A DNA stretch of 62,977 nucleotides, the filler included, from Rhabdomonas costata (taxonomy: Eukaryota), in NCBI GenBank assembly GCA_019059605.1. It is 29 parts of 29 records of this genome, joined end to end, with 100 filler letters (N's around TTAATTAATTAA, not from the genome) between each part and the next. Parts side by side here need not be neighbours in the genome. Positions count along the whole stretch, not along the records: positions 60,896 to 62,977 come from JAHMHO010005801.1; 28 more parts are not named here. One strand, given 5' to 3'. Under the pieces are notes generated by a model. It was not told the DNA's origin. It made no database searches and was given only the letters and a program-made list of their open reading frames with translations. Each line of letters begins with the position of its first letter. The first letter of the stretch is position 1. Made by a program: the position numbers and the translations under genes. This document shows positions 61,427 through 62,977 of the stretch, piece after piece.

Positions 61427-62977
61427 CTGGCGAAAACGCACATACACGCACAACATTCACATCAGTGGGTCAAGAGGAGTGTGGTCGAAGCAACTCCAAC
61501 TTGCAAATACTATGACGAGGGCAGAGGGAATACGTGGGATGGGAGTTTTTTGCTTGCTTGCAAAGAGAAAGAGAAAGAGAAAATGAGGGAGGCCGGCCAG
61601 AGGGAAAGGGAAAGCAGCCAGAAAGAAGCCAGAAGGGAAAGCAGCGATCCTCCTCATCGCTTGTTCATCTGCGGATGGAGGTGTTGTGGGCAGTGATTGT
61701 ACTTTTGCCGCCGGGAGGCCGGGGGGCGGGTATGCAAATTGGCTATTAGTTGCACTCTGGGACTGGGAGATGGAGACCGAGTGCTCGGAAAAAAGACGAA
61801 ACAGCTCGAAAGACTGCCCCACCCCCCGATGGGAGCGGAAAAGGAGAGGCAGCAATAGCACCGTTTTGGAGGAGCTACCCCGAGAGGCTCGGGTATGACG
61901 GCATCGGGCGCCCACGGCAAGGCCTTGCACCGCATACACGTGAAGGGGCCACAGCGCCGAACAGTGCCGAAGCATTCCTCTCTCTATCAATTAGCGTGCT
62001 CCGAAATCGAGCGAAGAAAGGAAAATAGGTCGGGGGGATTGGGGTGTCTCTTCTGAGGAGGAATCGCGAAGGCACAAATTAGGTGGGCCCGCGAACAAAA
62101 AACCAAGCAGTATAAACCACTTCAGTATAAACCACTCCGGGAGGATCCTGAATAATGGATGAGGAAGAAGAGCGGAGAGGGCAGGGGGCAAAAGTGGTGA
62201 GCTGTTCGTCCCAAGCAAATACAACACCTGGATGCCGTTGATAACATGATCATGGTTTAAAACCTGCTGAACCACAACCTCATACTGCATCTGCATTACA
62301 ACAAACGTTCCCAATGAAGACAGTCAACTCCAAGGGATTATAATAGTTCATGAGATGGGCTGAAAACTTGGGACCCCGATAAGTCCTGGGTAATATCCTC
62401 CACAGCCTCGGACCCTGAATTTTCGGCAACGACTGAAAAAGCTCTGATTAGGGAAGTGATAGTGATAGGAAATAGATACACGGAGATTCCCCCGTCGTTA
62501 GTATCAGTTGTCTCATTCGCATTCCCCAAAGTTTGCCGGCGCACAAGGAAAGGTATGCATCCCAACATCTATCGAAGCAGACATAGAGAGACAAGCTTAG
62601 ACAACCCAACGAGTGCGGGCATCTGCGCTGGCTCTTCCGGCGGCTCTTTCAATTTCTTCTCTCTTCTACCGCTTCTTTCACGTCAGACCCACAACGCGCA
62701 AGGAGGCGAGCAAGCGCAAACTTGGGGTCATCCAAAACATATTGGTCTGAAATTTGGGTGCGGCTTGGGCGGAGTTTCAAGATAACCGAACCGAACAGGT
62801 ACACACTTAAGCGGGACATTGCTCAAAACCAACAACAGGTTCAGTCTAAGATCACAGAAAACAATGTCACAGGAGAGACACTCGCTGCACATTGTTGACA
62901 GTGCCGTCCGGAGTGAACCAACACGGCGGGTGGATTGGCCGTGAGCCCGAAGCTGGGGGGGGGGGACAAAAAAAAAC

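Noticed and set aside
1..62977. A multi-gene system formed by neighbouring genes (e.g. glucan synthase, adhesin, channel)
   Set aside because: The genes lie on different contigs joined artificially, so adjacency carries no information.
1..62977. Reassigned stop codons
   Set aside because: Conserved exons contain no in-frame stops at conserved positions. The stops seen are in decayed elements or at a frameshift.
1..62977. tRNA, rRNA, snRNA or SL RNA genes
   Set aside because: None recognised by eye. tRNAscan-SE and Infernal would be needed to exclude them.

Overview
This window is not one locus. It is 29 unrelated contigs of about 2.08 kb (one is 1.83 kb), joined by 28 identical 100-nt artificial spacers (N44-TTAATTAATTAA-N44). 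The DNA is eukaryotic and intron-rich: short GC3-rich exons sit in 0.1-0.8 kb GT-AG introns, so most ORFs in the supplied track are spurious, and I rebuilt the real genes by splicing by eye. Recognisable gene fragments: BEACH/neurobeachin-type WD40 tail, EMC1, VPS53, a GT48 beta-1,3-glucan synthase, a pentameric ligand-gated ion channel ectodomain, importin-7/8, a class I/II aminotransferase, thiamine triphosphatase, ARM-, PB1- and MORN-domain proteins, and a Moco-sulfurase-like PLP domain. Mobile DNA: a Merlin/IS1595 transposase, a CRE-like RLE retrotransposon relic, a possible Penelope-like RT end, decayed DDE elements and two dispersed repeat families. The GT48 gene, donor sites of the form GT(G/A/C)(T/C)G and the CRE-like element suggest a euglenid or other euglenozoan (inference). 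Fold-back contig ends and G/T...A/C tails point to an amplified low-input library. Best leads: a probable MORN-Moco-sulfurase fusion, a protist pLGIC, an unnamed winged-helix-like family, the divergent 5' splice consensus and possible relict spliced-leader sequences. All homology calls come from motif recognition, not database searches. No prokaryotic operon, CRISPR array or RNA gene is supportable.
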